Position numbers and translations under genes: made by a program. Positions 13,638-27,330 of a DNA stretch of 64,000 nucleotides are shown piece after piece. The stretch lies in contig OZ024740.1 of assembly GCA_964016885.1 (NCBI GenBank), positions 334,180,001 through 334,244,000 of the forward strand, written 5' to 3'. The notes beneath the pieces were generated by a model that did not search any database, had not been told where the DNA came from, and saw only the letters and a program-made list of their open reading frames with translations. The stretch comes from Eledone cirrhosa. Taxonomy: Eukaryota. Every line of letters begins with the position of its first letter. The stretch's first letter is position 1.

Positions 13638-13685
13638 ATTATTATTATTATTATTATTGTTGTTGTTATTATTATTATTATTATT
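13638..13685. repeat. (ATT)n tract between Tx1 copies 2 and 3a
   Basis: Read directly from the sequence. Confidence 0.95.
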
Positions 13686-16011
13686 GCGGCCTACGTAGGA
13701 AATCGTATTATCGAGAGCTCCACAAAGTTTTGTTGTTTTCAGTTGATTCAAATTGCTAGTTATGGAAAATCTTTGTTGTTAAGTGTTTATAAGTTCACAT
13801 ATATTGCTTTCTGAAAAGGACATTCAATAATGTTGGGGCATTGAGCCCAAAATTTAAACTTTTATTTATCAAACAAACTATTTCTTTGAAAAAAAACATG
13901 GACGACAAATCTGTTTCTAACAGACTAACATCCCCCACCACCACCACCACTGTAATCCTTGCTACGGTTGCTAACACTGAAAATATAATTAATAGCAGTC
14001 TCAATTATTTAAATTTGCCGCATACAAACATGGATTTCCAGGCATTACCAACAACCACAGGTGTTAAAGCCGCCATCCCCACCTTCACAATGTCAAAAAC
14101 AACAAATAACACCACTGATACCACGACCGCCACCACCACCACCACAGCGACAACAGAAACAAAAAATAAATATTATCTCGTAGACATCTAAATGGATACA
14201 CCCAGAATCGCCTCTTCCACGCTGAACACCACTGACACCAACAATACCACCAAAACCGAAACTAAAAATAACAATAACAAAAATAACAATAACAAAAATA
14301 ACAATAACAACAACAGCAACAACAACAACAATAAGAATAACAACAACAACATCAACACCAGCGCAAAATGTGTCGTTTGCCAAAGCAGTCAAGAAAAGCT
14401 AAACAATCGAGGTAAGCCAGGATGAATTGAATGAAGCCAAGCGAATGGTAAAAAAAGATGGGTACAGCGTCAGCGTCATCCCCCATCTAATAAAATGGAG
14501 CATCGGACGATAAACACAAAATCAGGCCGAGTGGAACGAGCATCCGAGTCCCAGATACAAAAAGCTTTGGGACATGTGTGGTCGAAAAAAACCCACATCA
14601 GACGTGGGTAGAAATCTGGAACAGTGGATGTCTTCTTTGGAACCCCACAGGAAGCCAGAGAGAACTCCATGGCCACATTAAGAAGTAACGAGCTCACACT
14701 CGTCCCAGGCTATTGTGGTCAGAGACTCGTGAATATCAGGGTGACCCACGTTCCGCCGGCCATAGAAATTCCCTGGCTAATGGTTGCCGTCCTCGCCAAC
14801 ATCGAGGCCAACACTAAAGTAATTGAGGTAACGAAAGTAAAGCAGGAAAACTGGTCCGGATAGGGATGGAGCTCCTGATCAAAGAGGACCAAAAAAGCAT
14901 TGAGGAATATGCAGAGGTGATAGACCTCAATGACGGCAGCCACCTTACCGTAATCGTTGAGAGTAGAAGGCCTAGGTGTGTCGTTTGTGGCGAAGGAACC
15001 GACCTAAAGGCTTTCTGCCCTCAGGCTAAAAGGTTGAGGCCACCTCTCCTACGCACCCCAGTGACTCAACCATCAAAATCGGCAGCAGAAATGGCAGCAA
15101 CAACTCTAGCAGCACAACAGAAGCAACTGTAGCAGCAACAACCCCAGCAACTGTAGCAGCAATAGTAGCAAACCCAACACCACCACAAACCCACCGCGCC
15201 GGAATTAGCACCAGCCCCTCCACCTTCCACCACGCCACAACCAAAACCAACGCCTGTGGAGGATTTTCCACTCCCCGACCTATCGCAACTGGAGACAGAT
15301 TGTGACGACGAGGGGGAGTGGGAAACGGTATCTGGAAAAAAAAAGAACCCAAAAAAGAAAAAATCGTTTTCCTTCGCCCCCCAAAAACAAAATGCAGGGT
15401 GAAACAAACAAACAAACAAAAATGTTAAGACAGCCATGCCACCACCCACACCAACATCACCAAAAACACTAACACCATCACCATCATTAACCCCAACATC
15501 ACCATCACCAACACCACAAAAATCACCAACAAGCGAAACAGAAACAAACCCACAACAAACGCAAACAAAACAAAACAACCAAAACGATACACACTACACA
15601 GCATTAAATTTGAACAACCAATTATTGCACTACATCCAACACAACACCAGCATCACAGAAAGAGATTACACAACACCCAAAAATTTCACACCACCTCCAC
15701 ACATACAAATCACTCGCATCACACAGAAAACGTACACGACACTAAAATTAAAATTCCCCTAGGACATCGGGGACTTCCGACAAACACTCTCCAGGAGGTC
15801 TTATAAAGTCATCCTTCCGGCGGAGGCCACAAGCAGTGAGAAGGACGGAAAAACATTCCTTCCTCCACGAGAAGTGACGTAAATGGTCTTTTAAATCTTT
15901 TTCCACTCCTTTTAAACTGACCTCACTCAGAATAGGCAGCATAAATGCGCGTGGCCTGGCGTCGTCATGGAAGCAGGGCCACCTGCTCAACGACCTCAGG
16001 TCACTAAACAT
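13686..16011 (+). mobile_element. Tx1 copy 3a: 5'UTR, ORF1 and the first ~90 bp of ORF2 (close relative of copy 1)
   Basis: Colinear with 1397-3683; similarity stops abruptly after GTCACTAAACAT. Confidence 0.88.
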
Positions 16012-19000
16012 CACAACAACAACCACACAGCCACCAGCATCACCGAAAAGACCAACATCGCAAACACAAAAAAAACAGACACCCAACAGCAACATCAAGA
16101 AATCAGCAAGAACCCCCCGAAGTACGGAGCCATAAACATGGCAAATAATGAACTCTTACAACATATAAAGCAGCACACAGACATCACAGAAAAAAACTAC
16201 TACACCCCACCAACACCAAGAACTCTCCCGAAAAACATAAACATAATTGAAATCAAAATAGAACATTACAAACTGTTAAAAGAAAAAGTCCCCTACGCAG
16301 TTGGAGATTTCAGTTGGTCGGTTACCAAAAGGATATACACCGACATCCTGTTGGAAACACCCATGACGAGCCAAATGGGTGGTTCTACTGTCCCTTCACT
16401 ACACGATCAAAGTAAGTGATCCTTTTTCATCCAACATGGCTGTACTTAGAATAGGCAGTATAAATGTACGTGGCCTGGGGTCATCTTGGAAGCAGGTTTA
16501 CCTACTCAAGTCACTAAACATAGATGTGGTGCCCACCAGCGAAAGCAGAATCTCCAAAGCACGAGCCTTCGCAACGATCTTCGGCGGCTACGAAGTATAC
16601 GCAACTCCCAGCCGTCCAGCATCGGGGAGAGGGTTTGGTGTGTTGTTTCGGGGAAGCTTGTATCTCGCCATACGGGCCATTATCCTGGACCTAGAAGGTA
16701 AGTTGGTGGTACTGGACGTGATCGGCAGCGAAGGCAATGCTTTCAGGCTAGTAGCCGTTTACGCCCCAACAGGGGCAGGACGGTCAGATTTCTTCAGACG
16801 TCTATAGAACTTTCTTGGAACGTCCCGCACTTTAGTGTTAGTGGGCGACTGTAACGGTATCTTAGATGCACGCTGGGAATATGTGAGGCTAGTAGACAGG
16901 GAAGGAGGATGTAAAACCGAATGTCCCAATGTGGACATGGGCAAACTGCATCGGGACATCCAGATCGTATTTAAATAGGGTATTCTGTAGGGAAATAGAT
17001 AAGGCTAGTGTATGTTGTCCACAATTTAAAGTAGCCGACTACACGGACCACAAATTTGTGATCTGTGAAGTTGACTTAGATAGAATCCGTAGGCAAGGGC
17101 CCGGCTACTGGAAGCTGAACGCGTCGTTCCCGGCGCGCAAAATTTACAGAGAACGGATTAGAGTTTTAGTTAAGCGTGCGTTGACAAGTGCGATCGTCAA
17201 CAACAGGTGGTGGTTAACTCTGAAAAGGGCTATTAGAGTAGAATCGATAAGGTTTAGCAAAGGAGTAGTGATACAGGAAAATAGAGGAGAGGGAGAGATA
17301 GATAGAAAGCTAGAAGAGCGGTTTAGGACAGGCATCGCAACCGACGTACTTGCGGGGAGATTGGCACTCGACCAATTCTTCAACGCAAAGCATGAAGGCT
17401 GCCTTGTCAGAGCTAGAGCGCGTGCTCTCAGACACGGGGGGACGAAAGCCGTTCAATGGGCCCGGGTGGTGGAGGCGCGACGTGGCAACATGTCTACAAT
17501 TCGGTCTTTGCCTGATCAAAACGGGCGCATGTTGCTCGAACCCGAGCAGATGTGAGCGGCTTTTCAACAGAACATTGTTCAATTGTTCGGGAGCGGCGGC
17601 GAGCCGGATCGGAATATGGACTTTGGTGCATATCTCGGACGACTGCCGCGGCTCTCGAGGGGAAAATCGCCAGCTTTGGATGGTCTGCCCTACGAGCTTT
17701 ATGCGTATATGCCAGACTTGTTCGGCATCGTCTAGGCAGATGTCTACTGCAACTGGCAGCAGAATAGAAGCATTCTCAGTTTCGTGAGCCGGGGAGCGGT
17801 GGCGCTGCTGAGAAAAGACCCGAACAAGGGGGACATTATAGGCAAATTCAGGCCAATAACTCTGCTAAACGCAGAGTTTAAGATTTTGGCCAAGGTGTTA
17901 GCAAATAAATTGGCGTTTGTCGTCGGCGATCTGGTGGGAGAGGCGCAGATATGCACCATTCCGGACAGATCCACCCACGACAACCTCCATTTCATGCGAT
18001 ACATCATAGAGAGGCTGGTTAAGGAACCTGTCGCGAGTAGGGCCCTAATCAATTTAGATAAATTAAAGCATTTGATATGGTCAACCATCGGTACCTGGCT
18101 ACGGTCCGCGAGGCAGCCGGCTTCGGGCCCGTTTTTAGGGGCTGTATCGCTGCGATGCACAGCGACATCTGCTCGATTGTGCTGGTGAATGGTCACCTCT
18201 CACAGCCTTTCAGCATCATACACTCGGTCCGCCAGGGTTTTCCCCTCTGGTCCCACTTGTACGTACTGGCCCTAGAGCCGTTACTTCGCAAATTGGAGAC
18301 GATGAGGGGGTCCCACGCGAACTGGATGTGGGAGATCTGTGTCAGCTTATGCCGACGACATCACCGTGGTGGTGTCGAGCACCAAACACGTCCAGATGCT
18401 CGGCACCGCTCTAAAGGAATACGAAGCGGTGACAGGAGCAAAGATAAACCAGGAAAAGTCGGTGGGCTTGCAACTCGGCAATTGGAGAGACAAGTCCATG
18501 CCTTCCAACAGCGTCGTGGGGCGCTGGACGGAAGGAGCGGTTAAATTGTTCGGGGTCTGGTTCGGTCCGGTCCTCCAGATGGAGAAAAACTGGAGCGAGG
18601 TGACGAGTAGGGTGGCCTCTCTCACTCCAGAAATGGGCTGAGAGAAGGCTGTCTCTGAAAGTTCGACGGAGGTGGCGAATGCGTACATAGCGTCATCTGC
18701 TACGGCCTGATCGTCGTACCTTCCCCTGCTCAACTCTGACCAAGATGGAGCCCTTTCTCTTGTGCTTTTTGTGGAAGGGACGTGCTCCCATGGTTAGACG
18801 ATCCATTTGCTGTCAACACCCGGTGCGTTGAGGACTAAGCATGCCGTGGCTGATGATACGTAAACGTGCGCTAAGGCTGCGACATCTCTGGTGCTTCCTT
18901 GACGGTGAACAGGTGTGGTCGCCGTTTGCCAGACGCGCTTTTCCCCAACTCGTCTCCTTGACGGAGCTGCAGTCCTAGATCAGGAAAAGACCGAGGGATA

Positions 19001-19834
19001 GCGCTTGGAAGCTGGAATATCTCCAAGGCTCACTGCCCTCTCCCACCTGGGCACTAGTATCGGTGGAACATCCACCTCGGCGTTCTATAGAGGAATAGTG
19101 GAGGGAAGGAGTGACGACGTTCTCGGGAAGACCCCGGGCGTCGAAGACGATCACTGTTCGCTCTCTTCAAGAGAACTTTCAGACCGGGGATTATGGACAA
19201 CTTCTAGAAATCCCTGGCCTGGCAGTGCTACCGGGGAGCGTTGCCGGTTCGGGATAAGCTCTACAGGTGCTGTCAGCTGAACCTGTCCGAGATGCGCGCA
19301 GGGCGATGAAACCGTCCTGCACGCATTCGTTCACTGCCCGAGGATTGCTGACTTGTGGAGCTATGTCGAACAGCTGCTGTCGCGTGTAGGACGGATCCGG
19401 TTATCGACTGAGTCCATTGTGCAGATAGCCCCGCCATCCTCCCTTAAAGAGGAGGAAGTGCAGGCAGTTTTCATCTGATTGGTTGTCATGGCGAAAGAGA
19501 TTGTGTGGTGGACAATGTTGAAAGGGTTTCCTCTTCGGCCAATCCCTGATTAACTTTCTCTAGTATCACTTGAAGAGGAAAATCGGGGTGGAGAGGGAAG
19601 TGCTGTTTTCTAGTAAGTTTGTTGAAAGGTGGGTGAAAGTGGGCGGCCTGCTCTGAGTATGCGCCTGTAGACTGAGGAGTGGGAATATTTGTCGTTTTAA
19701 TTTTTTTTTATCTCTAGCACGATTTTGTTATAACCTATTTACGCGACCAAAACCCACTTTGTATCGTGCTGTACGGTTCTGTGCCGTCTCTAATGTTTTC
19801 CTTCCTGTTAGCCCTTGTGGCCAATAAACAAACC
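16012..19834 (+). mobile_element. Tx1 copy 3b: ORF1 C-terminus of another subfamily, ORF2 (16436-19670, disrupted) and 3'UTR
   Basis: Second ORF2 start MAVLRIGSINVRGL at 16436; AYADD near 18345; 3' end GCCCTTGTGGCCAATAAACAAACC + ATT repeats. Confidence 0.9.
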
Positions 19835-19852
19835 ATTATTTTTATTATTATT

Positions 19853-21128
19853 GTCATTTTTATTTTCTTTCAGTATTGTTCCTGAGATATATGCCGAGTG
19901 TCTACCTGACACCTAGGGCAAATAAATTCAAAGTGTGCATTGGTAAGCCAGTTAATATAGCACATTGATTAAAATAAAAATAAACAGTATACATATATAC
20001 ACATGTGCATATGCTTATGTAAATACAAGGAGGGATATCAATCTTTCAGAGATAGTGCTCTTCTCAATACGTGTGCAGTACCAGTCAAAACAATTTTTTG
20101 CACCTCGTGCAGATAGGGTAAATCAGGAATCATTCGCAAATATTGTTCTGTTCCTTTCTGGATCATTCCCAGTCTTCCCACAATCACTGGTATTGTAAAG
20201 GCCTTGAGGTGCCACATTTTCTCAATTTCAATAAGCAGATCTTTATATTTTCGTAGCTTGTCAACTTCTTTTGCCGCGATATTGTGATCACATGGGATGC
20301 TTGTATCTATCATTTAACAGAACTTGTTATGTTGATATTTTACAATGATGTCAGCTCTATTTGCTTTTATGGTCCTGTCAGTATGTACAGGTAAGTCCCA
20401 GAGAATTGTTACTTTTTCTCCTTCAGGGTGATGATTGTACCACTTGTCTTCAGCTTTGATTTTGTAATGCCGACATATTACCCAGTGTAGATATTGGTCA
20501 ACTCTGTCATGTCTATGTTTGTATTCTACTGGGGCTAAAACTTTACATCCAGAGACTCAGTGATCCACTGTTTCAACCTCAGCATCGCAGAATCGGCACT
20601 TAGGGTTTATTCCGTTTCTCATCACATTGGCCTGGTAATTACGAGTCAATAAGCTTTGATATTGGGAAGCTAAGATGAAGCCTTCACTCTCCACCTTTAG
20701 CCCTGAATTACGTAGCCACTGATGGGTGTGCTTTTGGTCAAAATCAGCTTGTTTGCTACGGACCACATATTTGCCATGCAGAGGTTTCTGCTCCCAATTT
20801 GATGCTAATTGTCCTTGCCCTTTTGCATTTGCCAGTGATTTTATGTGCCTAGCAGCATCACTTGCAACAGTTTCTTTAGTCTGTCCAGCCTGGGTTTCAA
20901 GCATGAGATCAGTAGCATATGTTTTGCTCTCCTTCAGAATAGAATGAAGCTTCTTACTTCTCTCATGTTTTCAACAAATTTCAGTATACAGTCGTTAGTT
21001 GTTTCAAGGTATTTGGCCACTCCAATGACGGTGGTCTTGTAAGCAAGTTCAAATTGGATGAGGCCACGGCCTCCTTGAGTTCTAGGAAGGTAAAGACGAT
21101 AACATCTGCTTTTGGGTGGTGCATCCTA
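19853..21128 (-). mobile_element. R4/Dong-type element family B, 5'-truncated
   Basis: MHHPKADV, KPLHGKY, WLRNSGLKVESEGFILA, CRFC..VETVDH zinc finger, IDTSIP..KEVDKLRKYKDL RLE; (TAA)n-type tracts on both sides. Confidence 0.87.
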
Positions 21129-21132
21129 TTAC

Positions 21133-21181
<49 letters not shown>

Positions 21182-21196
21182 GTTATTATTATTATT
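21129..21196. repeat. (TTA)n microsatellite
   Basis: Read directly from the sequence. Confidence 0.95.
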
Positions 21197-21656
21197 TGAG
21201 TCTCAGTCATTGATGTTAGTTAACTGGAAAGTTTGTTGAAATGAATATCAAGCCACTACCTGTAGCCTCATATATTCAGGACGTATCGGAAGGTTCTTCC
21301 TGTTCGCAGCAAGCATGCCTTTTGAAGTGTTCCAAAAAGCGGGGCGGGGCCAATTTTCTTTAACCAACCCTGGAAACTGCTTGAGATAGTACCTATTGCG
21401 CCTATGACAATCGGGACCACTTTGACTTCATGGCAATTCCAAATCCTTTTTACCTCCCACTTTAAGTCCTGGTATCGGTTAATTTTCTCCCTCTCCTTGT
21501 CTTGCACTCTCATGTCGAATGGGCAGGCCACATCCACAATCAGGCACGATCTTTTTCCTTTGTCCAAAACCACCAGGTCAGGTCTATTGTGTTCCAGTTT
21601 CTTGTCCGTCTGTATCCTAAAATCCCACAGCAACCTTCAACCTTCACCTGATCGTT
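21197..21656 (-). mobile_element. R4/Dong family A 3' fragment (RLE domain and 3'UTR)
   Basis: ORF 21268-21633 LWDFRIQTDKKLEHNRPDLVVLDK..IVDVACPFD; homologous to 7417-8060. Confidence 0.88.
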
Positions 21657-21657
21657 G

Positions 21658-21760
21658 CCTTACGGGGTCGATAAAATAAAGTACCTGTCACGCACTGGGT
21701 CGATTTAATCGACTTTCCCCCTCCCCCAAAATTGGTGGCCTTGTGCCTATATAAGAAATC
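21658..21760 (+). mobile_element. SINE S1 3' half (longer-body variant)
   Basis: CCTTACGGGGTCGATAAAATAAAGTACC..GGCCTTGTGCCTATATAAGAAATC(ATT)n. Confidence 0.8.
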
Positions 21761-21782
21761 ATTATTATTATTATTGTTATTA

Positions 21783-21787
<5 letters not shown>

Positions 21788-21855
<68 letters not shown>

Positions 21856-21858
21856 TGT

Positions 21859-21926
<68 letters not shown>
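21788..21926. repeat. Compound (TA)n(GA)n microsatellite
   Basis: Read directly; first of many (TA)n tracts (e.g. 26959-27084, 38885-38990, 54100-54360, 56758-57178). Confidence 0.95.
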
Positions 21927-21928
<2 letters not shown>

Positions 21929-22944
21929 TTAATCTTAAATACTATAATTTGCTCTTTTGAATTTACATTTTGTATCAGGCATCATGCGTTGTTATTACAT
22001 TTTGTTGTATTTTCGGATGAATATGTTGCCCTCCTGCAATATCTGAGCTAACCATATGTATATATGTGAAATTCCGAGTAATTACATAATCCATTACCAG
22101 AAGGAAACTCGGTACCACAGTCAAAGTATGTTATTCCATATCCTGGAGTCATGAAATGATTAGTTGACATCAAAATTGCATTCCACAGTATAACATATCC
22201 TTTGGCATTCTAATATAGTATTTTGTGTGGAAATTGATTCAGTATGCAATTATTATATTTTACATGGAATTTTAATAACCTAGCATGTCACATCTCTTAC
22301 TTGGCCATCGCCCTTCGATATATACATATCTCGGTTCAGTACGTCATATTCTTCTACTACAGTCACTACTTCTTTAGAGTCTCTAACTGCTAGCAATAAT
22401 TTCTAACCTACTTTCTCCTCTTATCTTCCTCATCCCACTACCTTATCAGCTTAGACATAACTTCCCCTCCTCTACTTTTCTTCTCTGTGTCTTTATTTCT
22501 CCCTCCTTCCTCTGCAATGTCTAACGCTTCTCAGTCAGTCAATAGAATAAAGGAGATCAGCATCCACCCTTCCATTATGACATTTCTACTGAAAGACACT
22601 GCATTTGATTTTCAATTAATTTTGGAAATAAGCATTCGGAGAGATTTAGTAATATAATTAACTGTCACAATATTAAACCCGGTGCCTGGAATATGACAAA
22701 CGTTCTTCCATAAAAATAAGATGGAATGTTACTAAATATATATAAACACTTTAAATTAAGAGCTTTGTGGTGTAACACCACGTGTCGTTTCAGTCGGTTT
22801 AGTCACTAAAGTACGAAGCTTCGAAACTTTACGATACCAGCAACGTAGCGGCCTGTCAAATGTTTATATCAATAGTACGTTATTCAACATATTCCATTAA
22901 TTTTTCTGTCTATATTGTTCACATTAAATTATTATACTCTTCTC

Positions 22945-23238
22945 AATCCTCACATTATCTCTTTCGTCCATCTCTCCACATAGAGCAGTGAATCTGTTAC
23001 ACAACTCTACTGTGGACCTCTCCAGTAACTCATCACCTTCATTGAAAGCTTCCCAGTCATATATATATCTCCCTGGATTAGCCTTACTCTTGCTTAAACT
23101 CACCCGGACTGTACTCATAACATGACACTGGTCACTGCCTACTGTACTGGAATAACTGTAGGGTTCTGTTTTCAGAACTCTATTCAGCCACTTCCACCTC
23201 ACCGGAATGAAATAAATATGGGACTTGGTTAGATGCAT
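22945..23238 (-). mobile_element. RTE-like LINE fragment (end of APE endonuclease)
   Basis: KWLN..YSYSSTVGSDQ..VRVSL..YDW..VELCNRFTAL resembles the GSDH / NRF.AL region of RTE ORFs. Confidence 0.6.
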
Positions 23239-23994
23239 ATCAGAGATGTAGGTCCACTAATTATTCATGGGTGTCAGAATATGATACATAATATCAATCA
23301 AGATATGATCAAACATCTCTCGCAAAATCCTGCCAGGGTGTTTAACATCGCTACACCAGGTAAAAAAGTTAAAATAAGTATATTAAAGTTTGTTTTACTG
23401 TATATTCGAAGAAGATTAAACATATGTATGAATCAAAGCTGCATAGTACATGATTAATTAAGAAACAACATACTTCTTTGTAATAACAACATAAAATGAA
23501 CAAATAATATATCGTCTAATTAACTGCAAAGGGTAAAAAAGTGAAATTAATACTTAAGAAATTCAGTCTGATGAATATTTCGATATATTTTCTTTTCGAA
23601 AATTAGATTGTTTAAAATTACAACCTACCTTAAGTAATTAGAGGTAACTATGCTATTAGCGTCAGTAATTAGATAGATGCATTATGAAGCCTACATATAT
23701 ATATCTGTGGAAATAAACAACTGGTGTATAATTATAGCAATATTCTCTCATACAACATTATTTCAAGTTGGTAGCGGATATAAAATCAGTAACAGTTGCG
23801 TAAAGAACAGCTTAATGGTTAGTAATAGCGAATAGAAAGGAAAGGCAATAAATAAATCATAAGGTGGCTGTATTTACTAGTTGAACAACATTAACCTAAT
23901 AATGGAGATGAATATATATTTAGAATAGAGGCGTATTGTATATTATATATATCTACAAAAATACTAAAGGATAATTTTTAAAAATGATAGAGAA

Positions 23995-24152
23995 CGGTGG
24001 CCCTTTACGTTCTGGGTTCAAATCCTGCCGAGGTTTGCTAGGCCTTTCATCCTTACGGGTTCGATAAAATAAAGCACCACCAGTGTACTTGTGTCGATGA
24101 AATCGACTTCCCCGCCCCTTCAAATTGCTGGCCTTGTGCCTAATGTAGAAAC
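23995..24152 (+). mobile_element. SINE S1, 5'-truncated
   Basis: B box GGTTCAAATCC, core and GGCCTTGTGCCTAATGTAGAAACA tail. Confidence 0.8.
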
Positions 24153-24254
24153 AATTATTAGTATTATTATTTCTGTATTCACCACAAGGTCCGACATTTC
24201 AGGAGCAATACAAAAACGGAGATTGGGGAATTTCAAATGCTTGTAGTCGTGACA

Positions 24255-24690
24255 AATAAAACTAATGTTTCCATCGATCACTGTACTCAACACGCTGAGG
24301 GTTAGGTTCGTTCGAAGGCATTTGAGTTTCCAAGTGCTCCTACTAGGTTTCGCTTGAATCAGGACTGTTAATGTGATGAGCAGGAGTAGCACGTGTCTGG
24401 CGAAAGGTGACAACACCTGTTCACCTTCAAGGAAACGCTGGAGATATCGTAGCCTCAGTGAGTTCTCAGCTACGGCAGCCGAGTCATCCATACCAATGTA
24501 CCGTCAGACCAGCGGAATCTGTCCCTTCCAAAAACGTGTAAGTGTAATTGACCCATTGCAGTCAGACATGGACCATTAAAAGGCATGACAGTTAAACGGT
24601 GGTAGATGAGGATGTGATATACTCTTTTGCTAGCCCTGCTTGACTTTTGGCTCTATCAGAACTGATTACTTGTGTGCACAGAAAACAGTT
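24255..24690 (-). mobile_element. Old Tx1 ORF2 fragment
   Basis: LRLRYLQRFLEGEQVLSPFARH matches the post-RT region of copies 1-3. Confidence 0.7.
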
Positions 24691-25424
24691 TGATATTCGT
24701 CCTCAAATGTAGCGATCTCTGAAAGAGCCTGCAGGGCTTCATGCCGGTTTTTCAAAGTTAATTCATATTCATTGTTCGGTCTTGCAAATTACGTTCACTC
24801 AGATGACTTTAATTTAATATTTGAGTTTAATTTAATATTTGAATCAGAATGACACTATAACCATAATTTATATCGTTCTGTATTTTTGACTGTTAATAAG
24901 TAATTGTATTATAGTATACTTCTCCCTTTTTTTTTATTTAATATAAAGATAGTATGTGGTTTTTTAGTTATATCTATAAATAATAGCCATTAGGCTTGAA
25001 ATAGTGTATTACATTTTACTCTCAAAAACATATGGGGTTGCTTTAATTTAGTAATATTTATTTGTTTATATAGATGGAGAAGTAGGTTTTCCAGGAAGCT
25101 TAGTTCATATCGATGAAAGCTAATGCTTTCTATAAAATAAGCGGGATTGGATTTCCAGAATGTTACCATTTTCATAATTTCGTGTTTGTAATGAAAGAAG
25201 ATTGGGCAAACAGCGCTTTCGTTACCATGATATTATTTTTTAAACCAAGGATTATGTTACATTTCAAAATATCTTTTAGAGTAATCCTATTTCTTTTCTA
25301 TTATAAGTTGAGCCAACTTATGCAGCTTCATATGCAAAAGAGATTAATCACCTCATTTACTAAGACGAGAAAACTATATATTCTCGCCTGTCTTCTAGTC
25401 CAGCAGTCGCAAGCGGTGGGAGAG

Positions 25425-25468
25425 ACCGTCCTGACGATGGCCAGTTAACTCTGAAATGCATAGACGGT
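25425..25468 (+). ncRNA. Minimal type-I hammerhead ribozyme motif with long extended stem I (25398-25491)
   Basis: ACCGTC-CTGACGA-(stem II weak)-GAAA-TGCA-TA-GACGGT; outer pairings GCAAG/CTTGC and GTCCAGCAG/CTGCTGGAC. Confidence 0.72.
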
Positions 25469-26626
25469 TGTCCCCCTTGCTTCTGCTGGACATCACCACA
25501 GGGCGTTAGCCCCAAGTGTTTGCATAGCTACGACTTCCTAAAACCGTATTTCTTTGGAGATACGAAATATTTATACATATTGTATGAAGCTATGCTTGAA
25601 GCGAAATCCTATTTCTTATATATATATATATAATTGCATGTATAGTTACAGATCAAACTCTATGAGGTTTCATCTACTAGGATTTAATTTACGTAAGGAA
25701 AACAATAATGAGTTGGAGATATTTACACGTGATTGATGGTGTCATTCTTTAAAACGTGTCTAGCAAATGGTTGATTATAATTAACAAAAACTATTTTCAA
25801 TATTTTTTGTAGATATGCAAATACTACAATCTGATAATATATTGAGTCCATGGAGCATTTACATAAAACCGAAGAGTTAACAAGCTTTATCAACGTTAGG
25901 GTGCAACATTTTGATATTCATTGATGTATATCTGATAATAATTTTGAAAAAGTTCACACATCCTTTTAGATATATTTGATATGACATATAGAATCATATG
26001 CATTATCTCACATGTCATTGACAGGAATACTTTTTAAAGTAATGTTTACTGTTACGTTTGAATATGCATGTATTGATCTTTGAGGGAAAAAAAGATGTAA
26101 ACAGGCATCACGTGAATGCCTATTTGTCGCATAGAATGTTATTTTTTTTCTATTTCTGACTAAAGTGTATATATTTTTAAGTTCGGTTCTCGAATATTAT
26201 GTAGGTTAAATGTGGAAATAGCTATATGTATAATATAAAACCGTTTATTGGATGTTGACGAAACAGGAAAACTGAAGTTATTATATGTAAATATTTAGTG
26301 AAATTTATAACATCTATAAAGATATTTATTGATAAAGAAAACCTATTGATTTAATGTGATAACACAGCAGATATTTCCCTGTTGATGGTTTTTGTCAGTA
26401 TTATTCCCATATAAGTAAGATGAAGTAGCAGATACGGCACAACTAGGCACTAAATATCTTGCAACACATATCAACTTTATCTATACGTTCCAAATCCATA
26501 TTCCTTTGCGAATTACATTACGATTCATTATTCTGGCGACAACATAATAATATTCAGGAATAATCAGGTGGTTTTTTTTTTCTGAAACAAACCTGTATAC
26601 ATTTTCAAAGATTAAAAACTATATAC

Positions 26627-27237
<611 letters not shown>

Positions 27238-27330
27238 TTTTTTTTCTTATAGAACAGTGCACTTCCTTCCATGTTGCTTCTTTTAAGCAGTTAAATCAAA
27301 AAGGTATTAACACACAATGTATTTATAATG

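Noticed and set aside
2262-18733. Minus-strand ORFs overlapping Tx1 ORF1/ORF2
   Set aside because: Antisense shadows of the LINE coding sequence; they recur only because the element is repeated
23560-23612. CTGATGA...CGAAAATTAG hammerhead-like string
   Set aside because: Stems I and II do not pair convincingly; plausible by chance in AT-rich DNA
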